Shown here piece after piece: positions 1-12,100 of a stretch of 64,000 bases of DNA. The notes under the pieces were generated by a model. That model worked only from the letters and a program-made list of their open reading frames with translations. It did no database searches and was not told the DNA's origin. Every line of letters begins with the position of its first letter. Positions within the stretch are counted from its first letter, which is position 1. The translations under genes and the position numbers were made by a program. This DNA comes from Octopus sinensis (taxonomy: Eukaryota), in contig NC_043012.1 in the NCBI RefSeq assembly GCF_006345805.1, forward strand, positions 15,376,001 through 15,440,000, given 5' to 3'.

Positions 1-423
1 ATTCGTCTTTCTGAAAATGGTGAAAATATATTTATTATTGTATACAACACCTGTAGGAAAGTTACCTACAATAACCAATTACTTAATCCCTACTGCAACA
101 CATGCAAACATCCATCTGGAAATTAAAGGATGCTTCCATGCATTCCACTGCATGCCAACTCTCTCTCACCCACTTCCAGTTTCCAGTTTTGACAGGGTTT
201 TCTGGTCCTTTGCCAGTTTCTAGTAACCTTCCCAAATCCCCTTTGTTGCATGCAAAAATGGCTCTGTTAGCAGAACTCTTGCTACTAAAGTCATAGCATT
301 TACTGTGTAATTTGTTTGAGGTACCTAATATTTTAAACAGAAAATTGGCTTTATACTTTGAAGATCAATATTGTCTACAACAGATTTGCTAATTTAATGG
401 GGGTTTTTTTCTGTCTTTTTCAG

Positions 424-793
424 CTATGAAGTAAACAAAACGGAAAATTTTGGCTTAAGTCTTCCAAAAGGATTTGACTTTAGAAGTGTGGCTTTCAGCT
501 TAGAATGTAATTTTCAGAAAATACCTTTGAAAGAAATAATATGGAAAAACCTTGTTTGGGTTGCTGGAGGTGCAAACCTTGGACGTTATGATGTCTTAAC
601 AAGATTCTGTGATGACTACATTAGTAGTGTTAAAAGGGCTTTGAACCAAAACTTGATGAGTACTGACCAACAAATTATATATGCTATGAGTGTCTATAGA
701 AGTTGGTCATCAACGACTTTACAGCTTTGCCATGCAGGTTGGTTTTGCTTAGGATATTTAGCAAAAGATGCATGGGAACAACAACACAAATAA
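424..793 (+). CDS. Last coding exon of an HtrL/YibB-like protein gene (upstream exons lie outside the window)
   Basis: Acceptor ttttctgtctttttcag ends at 423. The open frame YEVNKTENFGLSLPKGFDFRSVAFSLEC...WVAGGANLG...MSTDQQIIYAM...WFCLGYL ends at TAA 791-793. The GG and DQQ motifs resemble the C-terminus of HtrL_YibB family proteins; this is from recall, with no search run. Confidence 0.6.
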
Positions 794-1066
794 TCATGTG
801 ATAACTGCTGATTTGTTTTTTTACTGATTATCATTTTTGTGAATAACATTTAAATTTCATGAACAACATTTATTTTTGTAAAAAAAGAAAATATTCAGTT
901 CTGTAAACAGTATTCCTACTAAATATCAGCAGACTTTTAGAATGTTTCTTGGGCACAGGTATGGGCATGGGGTTCAGAAGCTCACTTTACAGCCATGTGG
1001 TTTCAGCTTCAGTCCGACTGCATGACATATATCTACTATAGCCCCAGGTCAACCAATGCCTTTTCT

Positions 1067-1170
1067 ATAAAAAATAGAAAAGAGTGAAAAAACTACAGAA
1101 AGCTTGTTTTATAAGGTTAACCTTATAAAACCAGCCTTCTGTAGTTTTTTCAATCTTTTCTATTTTTTAT
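1067..1170. repeat. Near-perfect palindrome, 52-bp arms, no spacer
   Basis: 1067-1118 is the reverse complement of 1119-1170 with 3 mismatches; centre ggtt|aacc. Confidence 0.9.
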
Positions 1171-1960
1171 ACATCCAACAACGTGCTTTCACACATCAAC
1201 CACCCCATAACAGCACAAAATAACACTAGAATAAGAAACACACCACACACAAGTCACTACTATCCCATGACCCAGAATTACTGGTCCCCACCGAACACAA
1301 GACAAACACAAAATAACACTAAGTCAAGCAACATCCCACATACAAGCAATTCGAAGCAAAAATATATCACATACAGAAATTTTCCACACAAAGTGAAATA
1401 TCTAAGATCAAATCAAATTTCACCTGTGCCTCGGAAAATCTTATCTATGCCATTACATGCTTAGGGTGTGGTAATAATTATATTGGCCAAACAGGAATAT
1501 CACTCCGTCGAAGAACCACTCTCCACAAAGAACAAATCCGCCACCCACAATACTGACAGATACAGGTTAGTGAACACATAGAAATGTGTGCTAGGAATCT
1601 TATTCCTAATTTCCTAATTTTCCCCTTCTATCAATGTTCACAGAACACCTCAGTACAACAAAGAATGAATAAAGAGGCAACTTTTATCAATAAATATCTT
1701 CCACAACTCAATATGAACACATAACATAATACAGAACACTACTAACCTTTCAATTAATACCACTAACCCCCATACATCCCATACACCATTTACATTGCAG
1801 ATCTATATCTATCCTAATTGCACCAAATCCAGAACTACTTACCTCCCTTACACATACTAGTTTTACTCAGGGACTAGTAGACCTGATACCGTTCATTAAT
1901 CGGTGTGCATTCAAAGCAATGATTAGTTAATTCACGAAACCGGTATGCCTGTGTGTTTAA
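1171..1960 (+). mobile_element. 5'-truncated Penelope-like retroelement (GIY-YIG endonuclease remnant plus 3' region)
   Basis: Frameshifted NLIYAIT...CGNNYIGQTGISLRRRTTLHKEQIRHPQY...FPFYQCSQNT...FINKYLPQLN; near-identical peptide to the copy at 51766-52059. Confidence 0.85.
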
Positions 1961-2634
1961 ACTTCAAGTATTTTGAGTTCTCTGGAAGACCCTTTTTAAA
2001 GTAGAAGAAATGGCTAAGATTTTGGCTGCTATTTCTGAACTTCGGTATGCGGCGACGCAATTCTTTTAGTTATTTATTTCTATTAGTTTATTTATCTGTG
2101 TATTTATTATGTTTTCGGGATCCTCTACCGTCATATGTTGTGGTGTGTGTTAGTGCTCCATTCTACTTTTCTATTCAGGCTAGGTTTATTTTCTATTATG
2201 TGTGTAGCTTCTGTAATTTGTCTGATTGTTGCATCTGTTCTATCTGTGGACAGTATTTTAATTTCTATGTTGTTGATTGATCCCCCGTGTTCCTGTTCGG
2301 CGTGTTGGTATAGAATCGATGAGCTTTTACCTTCCTTGAGTTCTCTCCAATGTCATTTACCCGGTCTCCTATGCTTCTTGCCGTTTCCCCTACGTATGTC
2401 GTTGTCTTGTTATTGCATCGTCCCTCTATACATCTTATACTATAGACTACATTTCTAGCTTTACAGTTTATTTGTGGGCTAAATCTACATACAGTACAGT
2501 ACAGTATGTATTCTTTTTCTCATTTCATAATATGTAAACTCCCACACTTTATGTCTGTTTTTGTATTGTCCGCCTCATCCTTTGCTCCGGTGGAAAATAG
2601 ATCATCATCATCATCATCTTCATCATCGTCGTCG

Positions 2635-2707
<73 letters not shown>

Positions 2708-2918
2708 GAAGAAATAGTAGTAGTAGTATTGGTGGTGGTGGTAATTATGGTGTGAAAATGCTTTGCCATATTTCTACTGGCTCTTTTACGTCCCGACCAA
2801 TTCCCGACGATGTCAATGGCCAAGCACAGGAGTCACTGACACCGACTGTTTTTCTCCTTGCCCAAACTGTTTGCTTTGTACCCGAGTCAGCCCTATTGTT
2901 AAAAAGATAATAAATATA

Positions 2919-3173
2919 ACGTAAAGTATACTAGCCGTCTCAATATTGCTAACCACCAAGGGTGGGTGTTACTGTAGCTTTTAGCCCCAGGAGATCATCG
3001 TCTCCAGCTGGCTTTAGGCACACTTTCTGTGCCCTTATGATATTTGCAAAGGATGGGGGGCACAGAAAGTGTGCCTAAAGCCAGCTGGAGACGATGATCT
3101 CCTGGGGCTACAAGCTACAGTAACACCCACCCTTGGTGGTTAGCAATATTGAGACGGCTAGTATAATTTACGT
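2919..3173. repeat. Long inverted repeat (116-bp arms, about 23-nt loop), foldback/MITE-like
   Basis: 2919-3034 versus 3058-3173 are reverse complements with about 2 mismatches. Confidence 0.9.
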
Positions 3174-3812
3174 GGTCGAGCAGTTACTGTTTACATCTCG
3201 TTCAGAGATTTATAATAAATATATTTCTCACCATATACATAAACCCTCATCATAGACGTATGTTGCCCCAAACATCAATATAAATCTTCTCTCCTAGCGT
3301 TTATTGAACAAAGGAAAGTTGACATAGTTCGATCTGGATCGATTTAAGTTTAACAAAACCAAAGCGTTGTCGTTGATGTCGTTGTTGTTATTGATTATCA
3401 TCAAGCCATTTGCCATTGATCTGATTTGGAAATGAGCGCATGTCAACAACGTCTAAGTTTTCGTTTCTTTCCAAACATTGTAGGTTTCTGAATAAACAGA
3501 AATACCCAATAAAATGAACATGTACCACCTTACTGTTTCTTTTGTCTCATCATTGATTGCATATTCTCTTTGATTCTTTTAGTTGCTTCACTCACTTGAC
3601 TGCGGCCATGCTGGAGCACCGCATTTAGTTGAGCAAATCGACCCCGGGACTTATTCTTTGTAAGCCTAGTACTTATTCTATCGGTCTCGTTAGCCGAACC
3701 GCTAAGTGACGGGGACATAAACACACCACCATCGGTTGTCAAGCGATGTTGGGGGGGGGATAAACACAGACACACAAACATATACATACACACACCACAC
3801 ACACACACACAC

Positions 3813-3881
<69 letters not shown>

Positions 3882-4031
3882 TTGAGTAGTTGAATGAATT
3901 ATCTTATTAAGGATAATTCGAATTAACCGATACCTGGGTAGCAATTCATATCAGAAAAAACACGGTTGAAGTTACGTGCCTAGGGCATGGATTACGTGCT
4001 TTCGTGTGGAAATTTGTATGTTTATTTAAAA

Positions 4032-4472
4032 AAATATAAATATATGAAAGAATGGAGCTGAACGACGAATTAACAAAATTCCTTTATTTTCGACATATGT
4101 TTCGAAGGCTGCATATTCCTAATTGCGAAGGAATAAGGAGTACATTATGCCGCTTTCTCATCAGGAAAAGCAAGGAACTTATGTCAACATCAAAATGCAC
4201 AAAAAACTTTTAGATGATTGCTCACACGGAGCCCATAGTGGTAATGAGTGTCCCTTTAAAATATTCCTTTATAAGGAGTGACGTCAAAGTGATTGAAAGT
4301 AGAGGAATCTAGAAGGTTCTAAAGATTCAAGGGTTCAAACGAAGTTGGAGGAGAGAGGCAAAAGAATAGGAAGGTGAAAGGGTGCAGGTCATATGAGTGG
4401 TGGATTTCGTTAATTTCTTTTGTGAATGAGTGCCTGTGTCGTTCAGCTCCATTCTTTCATATATTTATATTT
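4032..4472 (-). mobile_element. Non-coding PLE-derived element with 35-bp inverted ends and a hammerhead motif
   Basis: aaatataaatatatgaaagaatggagctgaacgac (4032-4066) is inverted at 4438-4472; lies in (TA)n; HHR at 4087-4169. Confidence 0.7.
4087..4169 (-). ncRNA. Type I hammerhead ribozyme motif
   Basis: Minus strand reads TTTTC-CTGATGA-G(54-nt domain II)C-GAAA-C-ATAT-G-TC-GAAAA: stem I TTTTC/GAAAA, full core, palindromic loop III, GUC cleavage triplet. Confidence 0.8.
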
Positions 4473-4474
4473 AA

Positions 4475-4565
<91 letters not shown>

Positions 4566-5370
4566 CACGACGGGCTTGTGTCAGTTTCCGTCTACCAAAT
4601 CCACTCACAAGGCTTTGGTCGGCCCGGGGCTATAGTAGAAGAAACTTGCCCAAGGTGCCACGCAGTGGGACTGAACCCAGAACATGCATGTTTTTATTTT
4701 TAAAATTTGTAAGACGACTGTTGTTATCGCTAGGCCTAACTCATCGTAAAGTCAATACCACCATGACCGATATCCAATCTACAGTGGAGAAGGCTAGCCA
4801 CTGGATTTGGTTAAAAAGAGACGATGAGCGATGGCTAGAAGGATATTGAGCTTTATTTGATAACCAGCTGATCTAGCAAGCGAGGCCTCATATCAGTGTT
4901 CATTGGTGCCGTTGAGAGGTAGGCCCCGAAATGGCGCGCATTCTCTCCTGATGACCCCATACACTTGCTGGTTTCCGGTATGCGGAGTTTTTGACTGGTA
5001 TCACTTGCATGTTCAAGTTGTTTGCAAAACATATATTTGTCTGCATGTGTTTACTTAATGCGTATTTCAGTTTTATGATTACTTGTCATGTATTTGTATA
5101 CATCATTAATATATGTGCATGTGTGTGTGTGTGTGTGTGTCTAAAACTTCAAAGTTGAGGAACGTTTTCATACTTGGATTTATAAACTACGATAAGAATA
5201 ACACTGATCAACAAACAATTTGTCCGAAGGAAAAGAATACCTGTACCTTATATGTTTTTGTATGCAGAATTAAAAATAATGTCAAATTTTCTGTACTAAG
5301 TTCACATATTCCACTCATCTTCATAATGCCAAGAAACTGTATAAAGATTGCAAACAACTTTTGATATATA

Positions 5371-6098
5371 TGAAAAATATGTAAAATATTAAGACAAGGT
5401 GCCCCAGCATGGCCACAGCTCATAAACTGAAACTGGAAAAATCAAAATCAAAATCAAAATCAAATTGGCGAAAAATATCTATAATAGAATTATTGTTGAT
5501 AAATATAAATTTTTATTAAAACAAAATACGTGGGTGGAGTAAATCTGGTGGTGTGCGGTTGGAACACAACACAATGTGCGGTTGTCATGGTAACTTTTAC
5601 TGTTTATGAAAAATGGATCTCGTCCTTTTCATTCGCAAAATGAGTCCCCTTTAATTTTGTTCAGATTGCTTTAAATTTTGGTGTATCGATGCGTGCGGTT
5701 GTCATGGTAACTTTTACTGTTTATGAAAAATGGATCTCGTCCTTTTCATTCGCAAAATGAGTCCCCTTTAATTTTGTTCAGATTGCTTTAAATTTTGGTG
5801 TATCGATGCAACTCTGAATTTTGATTACGATCAACCAATTACCTTATCTCGCAAATTAAAGATTCTGATGCTATTTGGAATTAAAGTTGGGAAATTTTGA
5901 TAATTTTAGCCAATCAACAGACAGTAAGGCATTAACAGTTTGTTACCATGACAACCGCACATTGTGTTGTGTCCCTCCCGCACACCACGGGATTTACTTC
6001 ACCAGCGTGTTTTGTTTTAATAAAAATTTATATTTATCAACAAGAATTCTATTATAGATATTTTTCGCCAATTGTCTTAATATTTTACATATTTTTCA
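5371..6098. mobile_element. Foldback/MITE with about 160-bp terminal inverted repeats, a retro-tail inserted in the left arm and an internal 117-bp tandem duplication
   Basis: 5371-5397 plus 5463-5594 mirror 5942-6098. Insert 5398-5462 is ggtgccccagcatggccacag...(aaaatc)n. 5576-5692 equals 5693-5809. Confidence 0.8.
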
Positions 6099-6320
6099 GG
6101 ATCTAGTTTTTTTTCCTTCGCGAATGAATCTAGACAACCGATTCTGGTGTGTTTATGCCTCCGTAAATGAGCGGTTCGGCAAGATAGACCAATCGAAAAA
6201 ATGCTAGGCTTACAAAAAATAAGTCCTGGGATCGAATTCTTTGACTAAAAACCTTTTATGGCAGTGCTTTATCCTGAAACAAGTAAAAGAATAACAGAAT
6301 AAATATACACACACACACAC

Positions 6321-6407
<87 letters not shown>

Positions 6408-6734
6408 ATGAATGAGGAGAAAAGAAAATGGAGGTAGCAAGAATCTTTACTCAACATAACGATCGTTTCGACCCGTCCAGTACATGTCCCTTAGGTCTTG
6501 TAACACTTATATCCTAAATGTGGATGACACCAGGTAGCCGAAACCGTGAAAAATCGGCATATTACTAACCGTATAGCCAAGGTCCAAATAATTATATATT
6601 GATATATGTATATATATATAAACACACACAAACACACTTACACGCACGCACGCACGGACACACACACACACACCACACACACACACACACGTACACACAC
6701 ATACACACACACGCATACACACATATAAGATAGA

Positions 6735-7145
6735 AAGGCGGCGAGTTGGCAGAAACGTTAGCACGCCGGGCGAAATGTTAAGCGGTATTTCGTCTGCCGC
6801 TACGTTCTGAGTTCAAATTCCGCCGAGGTCGACTTTGCCTTTCATCCTTTCGATTAAATAAGTACCAGCTACGCACTGGGGACAATGTAATCGACTTAAT
6901 CCGTTTGTCTGTCCTTGTTTGTCCTCTCTGTGTTTAGCCCCTTGTGGGTAGTAAAGAAATAGGTATTTCGTCTGCCGTTACGTTCTGAGTTCAAATTTCG
7001 CCGAAGTCGACTTTGCCTTTCATCCTTTCGAGGTCGATTAAATAAGTACCAGTTACGCACTGGGGTCGATGTAATCAACTTAATCCCTTTGTCTGTCCTT
7101 GTTTGTTTCCCCTATGTTTAGCCCCTTGTGGGCAATAAAGAAATA
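6735..7145 (+). mobile_element. tRNA-derived SINE family B, one full copy plus a 5'-truncated tandem copy
   Basis: Head aaggcggcgagttggcagaa...gagttcaaattcc (A/B box-like) and tail ending gtaaagaaata; second copy 6962-7145. Confidence 0.9.
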
Positions 7146-7451
7146 GAAAGTATAGTGGGTGATTACACTTGGTTGAGTATATAAGCAAAGAAATAAAATG
7201 AAAAAACACAGATTTGTTTTACAAGGCTAAAGAATATATTAAAATCATCAAAATCTTATTTTGTATAATACTTTTGCTATGATGATTCTAAGATATTCTT
7301 TGGTCTTGTAAAACACATCTTCTGTGTTTTTTTCATCTTCTTTTTTCTTTACACACACACACAGAGACACACACACACACAGACACACACACATACACAG
7401 ACACACACACACACACACACACACACTCTCTCTCTCTCTCTCTCTCTCTCT

Positions 7452-7587
7452 TACTCTTTTACTCGTTTAATTGTTTCAGTCATTTGACTGCGGCCATGCT
7501 GGAGCACCGCCTTTAGTCGAGCAAATCGACTCCAGGACTTATTCTTTGTAAGCCTAGTACTTATTCTATCGGTCTCTTTTGCTAAGT

Positions 7588-7618
<31 letters not shown>

Positions 7619-7785
7619 TATATATATATGACGGGCTTCTTTTCATTTTCCGTCTACCAAATCAGCTCACAAAGCTTTGGTCGGCCCAAAGCTATAGTTG
7701 CCCAAGGTGTCACACAGTGGGACTGAACCCGGAACCATGTGGTTGGTAAGCAAGCTACTTACCACACTGCCACTCCTGCGCCTAA
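7452..7785 (-). mobile_element. tRNA-derived SINE family A
   Basis: Matches the other family A copies, including the internal (TA)n and the tRNA-like head ending ...gccactcctgcgcct on the + strand. Confidence 0.85.
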
Positions 7786-8329
7786 TCAGTATATGACTTA
7801 ACTTATTAAGCAAAGTTCAGCAAATTCATTCATATTCATGTAATAGAGGAGATTAGATGTTAAAATAGTTTTTCTTTTTCCTGTTGCCATACAATTGTTT
7901 CATACAAATGGACGCAGATATTCAGAAGCAGAAAAAGTCGTAATAGCCATATTTGTACTGGTTAGTAGCTAATAGAAAAACTAAGGAAAGTGAGAGTAGA
8001 GAGGCAAGTTTTGTCTAGCGAATGTTTAAAAAAAGATGGGTGAATGTAGCAAGGATGGCACGTATGAATGACGAAGCCACCTTGAGCATAATCCTATGAA
8101 CCCGGAAAATTTAAAACAGAGGGTTACCTACTTGCAAACAAATGTGGTAACATGTAACATTATTGACCGAGGTTACCGTGGTCTTTTCCGTAGGCTTTTC
8201 TTTCCACGGATAAACCTTATCTGCTTTCCCCTTTACACTTTACATCATGACACTGTGATACACGATCCATATTGATCGTTTTTTTTTTTCTTTCCCTTTT
8301 ACGATCCCCCTTTTTTTTTTGACAAGATT

Positions 8330-8560
8330 AATAAATATAAAGACTTGCTAATAGAAATTGAAAAAAATGTGGCATCTCAAGGCGACTACAGTACCAGTGA
8401 TTGTAGGATCTCAAGGAATGATAAAAAAAGGTACTGAAACCTATTTGAAAATGATACCAGGCTTACCATCCCTACAGGAAGTGCAAAAAATCGTATTAAC
8501 TGGAACGGCTCATGTACTGAGAAGAGCATTATCGCTGTGAAAACAACATCGCGAACACGT
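8330..8560 (+). mobile_element. 3' fragment of an R4/Dong-type non-LTR retrotransposon (restriction-like endonuclease tail)
   Basis: KYKDLLIEIEKMWHLKATTVPVIVGSQGMIKKG...VQKIVLTGTAHVLRRALSL*, homologous to the peptide at 20933-21202. Confidence 0.8.
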
Positions 8561-8794
8561 GTTACATGTAAAGCGGAAACTGGTAGAATGGTTAAGACGC
8601 TGGGAAAAATTCTTAGCGGCATTTCGTTCGTCTTCACGTTCTAAGTAGTAAGAGGCTTGTTTCTCAAACACATGGTTCCGGGTTCAGTCCCACTGTGCAG
8701 CACATTCGGCTAGTGTTTTCTACAGTAGCCTTGGGCCAACCAAAGCCTTGGGAATGGATTTTGTAGACTGAAAGAAGCCCGTCGTATACACACA

Positions 8795-8840
<46 letters not shown>

Positions 8841-9117
8841 AATGAAAAATTAAAGAAGTGAACTCTTTTCGAGAAACAACAGCGTAGTGCTCAATTTATT
8901 GAACGATTAGATTAAAATATTAATTAAAAAGAGACCAACTTCAAGGTCAATAATCCTCCTAAGATTCTTTGGTATTTATTGGATTCGTTTGAGAATGTCC
9001 TTTTTGGATTATTGTCAACGGTCATCTTATCAACTCGAGACTTTTTGATTTGTCTGTCTGTATTTATGCAATTCTTTATCCAACTTTGCTTTGGGCTCGG
9101 AATTACACTATTATATG

Positions 9118-9159
<42 letters not shown>

Positions 9160-9160
9160 C

Positions 9161-12100
9161 TAAGCAATAAAGGGTTTAGCAACGAATTGCCTTACCACAT
9201 ACCGAATTTAGAAATAGCAGTCAAAGGGTTATAGCTATTTCTTCTACTAAAAAGGGAGATCTCAGTAAAAACAGCATTGGAAGGCAGACACAAACAGGTA
9301 AGAGAGAATGAATTGACTGTAATCTATCATACATTTTTAGGTTATCTACGGACGTACGTTTCGAAATCAAGTTTTTAGGAAAGTATAAGAATTAAATATT
9401 AAATATTAAATAATTCTATCTTACAGAAACTTCTTTTCTCTTCAGCGTAGAATACTATAATCATAAATGATTATATATTGAATTTTGAGATACCAGAAGG
9501 CACCAACTCAACTCAGTATCAGAGCGAGCTAGAATCCGCAACTGGTATCACCGAATTCAATTTGTGAATGAAACGATTGTGTCAACAGCCCCTTCCCACC
9601 CGCGTGTAGCCAAAACAAGATGCTGTGGTCATCTACTGAGATAAAATATGGTTATCCGTAATAATGAAGGGTGAAATTAATTAATTTGGAATAATTATCA
9701 ATTTCACCAAGTAGTCTTCGGCATGTAAAAGCCTCATTCGAGGAAAATTTAAGTAATACTAAGCAATAAAGGGTTTAGCAACGAATTGCCTTACCACATA
9801 CCGAATTTAGAAATAGCAGTCAAAGGGTTATAGCTATTTCTTCTACTAAAAGGGAGATCTCAGTAAAAACAGCATTTGGAAGCAGGCAGACACAAACAGG
9901 TAAGAGAGAATGAATTGATTGCAATCTATCATACATTTTTAGGTTATCTACGGACGTACGTTTCGAAATCAAGTTTTTAGGAAAGAAGCATAAGAATTAA
10001 ATATTAAATATTAAATAATTCTATCTTACCGAAACTTCTTTTCTCTTCAGCGTAGAATACTATAATCATAAATGATTATATATTGAATTTTGAGATACCA
10101 GAAGGCACCAACTCAACTCAGTATCAGAGCGAGCTAGAATCCGCAACTGGTATCACCGAATTCAATTTGTGAATGAAACGATTGTGTCAACAGCCTTCCC
10201 CTTCCCCCGCGTGTAGCCAAAACAAGATGCTGTGGTCATCTACTGAGATAAAATATGGTTATCCGTAATAATGAAGGGTGAAATTAATTAATTTGGAATA
10301 ATTATCAATTTCACCAAGTAGTCTTCGGCATGTAAAAGCCTCATTCGAGGAAAATTTAAGTAATACTAAGCAATAAAGGGTTTAGCAACGAATTGCCTTA
10401 CCACATACCGAATTTAGAAATAGCAGTCAAAGGTTATAGCTATTTCTTCTACTAAAAAGGGAGATCTCAGTAAAAACAGCATTTGGAAGGCAGACACAAA
10501 CAGGTAAGAGAGAATGAATTGACTGCAATCTATCATACATTTTTAGGTTATCTACGGACGTACGTTTCGAAATCAAGTTTTTAGGAAAGCATAAGAATTA
10601 AATATTAAATATTAAATAATTCTATCTTACCGAAACTTCTTTTCTCTTCAGCGTAGAATACTATAATCATAAATGATATATATTGAATTTTGAGATACCA
10701 GAAGCACCAACTCAACTCAGTATCAGAGCGAGCTAGAATCCGCAACTGGTATCACCGAATTCAATTTGTGAATGAAACGATTGTGTCAACAGCCCCTTCC
10801 CACCCGCGTGTAGCCAAAACAAGATGCTGTGGTCATCTACTGAGATAAAATATGGTTATCCGTAATAATGAAGGGTGAAATTAATTAATTTGGAATAATT
10901 ATCAATTTCACCAAGTAGTCTTCGGCATGTAAAAGCCTCATTCGAGGAAAATTTAAGTAATACTAAGCAATAAAGGGTTTAGCAACGAATTGCCTTACCA
11001 CATACCGAATTTAGAAATAGCAGTCAAGGGTTATAGCTATTTCTTCTACTAAAAAGGGAGATCTAGTAAAAACAGCATTTGGAAGGCAGACACAAACAGG
11101 TAAGAGAGAATGAATTGACTGCAATCTATCATACATTTTTAGGTTATCTACGGACGTACGTTTCGAAATCAAGTTTTTAGGAAAGCATAAGAATTAAATA
11201 TTAAATATTAAATAATTCTATCTTACCGAAACTTCTTTTCTCTTCAGCGTAGAATACTATAATCATAAATGATTATATATTGAATTTTGAGATACCAGAA
11301 GGCACAACTCAACTCAGTATCAGAGCGAGCTAGAATCCGCAACTGGTATCACCGAATTCAATTTGTGAATGAAACGATTGTGTCAACAGCCCCTTCCCAC
11401 CCGCGTGTAGCCAAAACAAGATGCTGTGGTCATCTACTGAGATAAAATATGGTTATCCGTAATAATGAAGGGTGAAATTAATTAATTTGGAATAATTATC
11501 AATTTCACCAAGTAGTCTTCGGCATGTAAAAGCCTCATTCGAGGAAAATTTAAGTAATACTAAGCAATAAAGGGTTTAGCAACGAATTGCCTTACCACAT
11601 ACCGAATTTAGAAATAGCAGTCAAAGGGTTATAGCTATTTCTTCTACTAAAAAGGGAGATCTCAGTAAAAACAGCATTTGGAAGGCAGACACAAACAGGT
11701 AAGAGAGAATGAATTGACTGCGATCTATCATACATTTTTAGGTTATCTACGGACGTACGTTCGAAATCAAGTTTTTAGGAAAGCATAGAATTAAATATTA
11801 ATATTAAATAATTCTATCTTACCGAAACTTCTTTTCTCTCAGCGTAGAATACTATAATCATAAATGATTATATATTGAATTTTGAGATACCAGAAGGCAC
11901 CAACTCAACTCAGTATCAGAGCGAGCTAGAATCCGCAACTGGTATCACCGAATTCAATTTGTGAATGAAACGATTGTGTCAACAGCCCCTTCCCACCCGC
12001 GTGTAGCCAAAACAAGATGCTGTGGTCATCTACTGAGATAAAATATGGTTATCCGTAATAATGAAGGGTGAAATTAATTAATTTGGAATAATTATCAATT

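Larger units (their letters stand above)
3586..4690 (-). mobile_element. tRNA-derived SINE (family A) split by an insertion into its internal (TA)n tract
   Basis: 3586-3790 and 4565-4690 match the two halves of the intact copies at 28420-28815 and 35720-36105; about 600 bp of foreign sequence lies in between. Confidence 0.85.

Noticed and set aside
4914-4960. GAAA...CTGATGA with gagag/ctctc complementarity
   Set aside because: Motif order and spacing cannot form a type I, II or III hammerhead.
9700-9760. Second HHR-like motif in each array unit (minus strand CGAATGA-GGC...GCC-GAAG)
   Set aside because: The core differs from CUGANGA/GAAA at several invariant positions, and no stem I or NUH was found.
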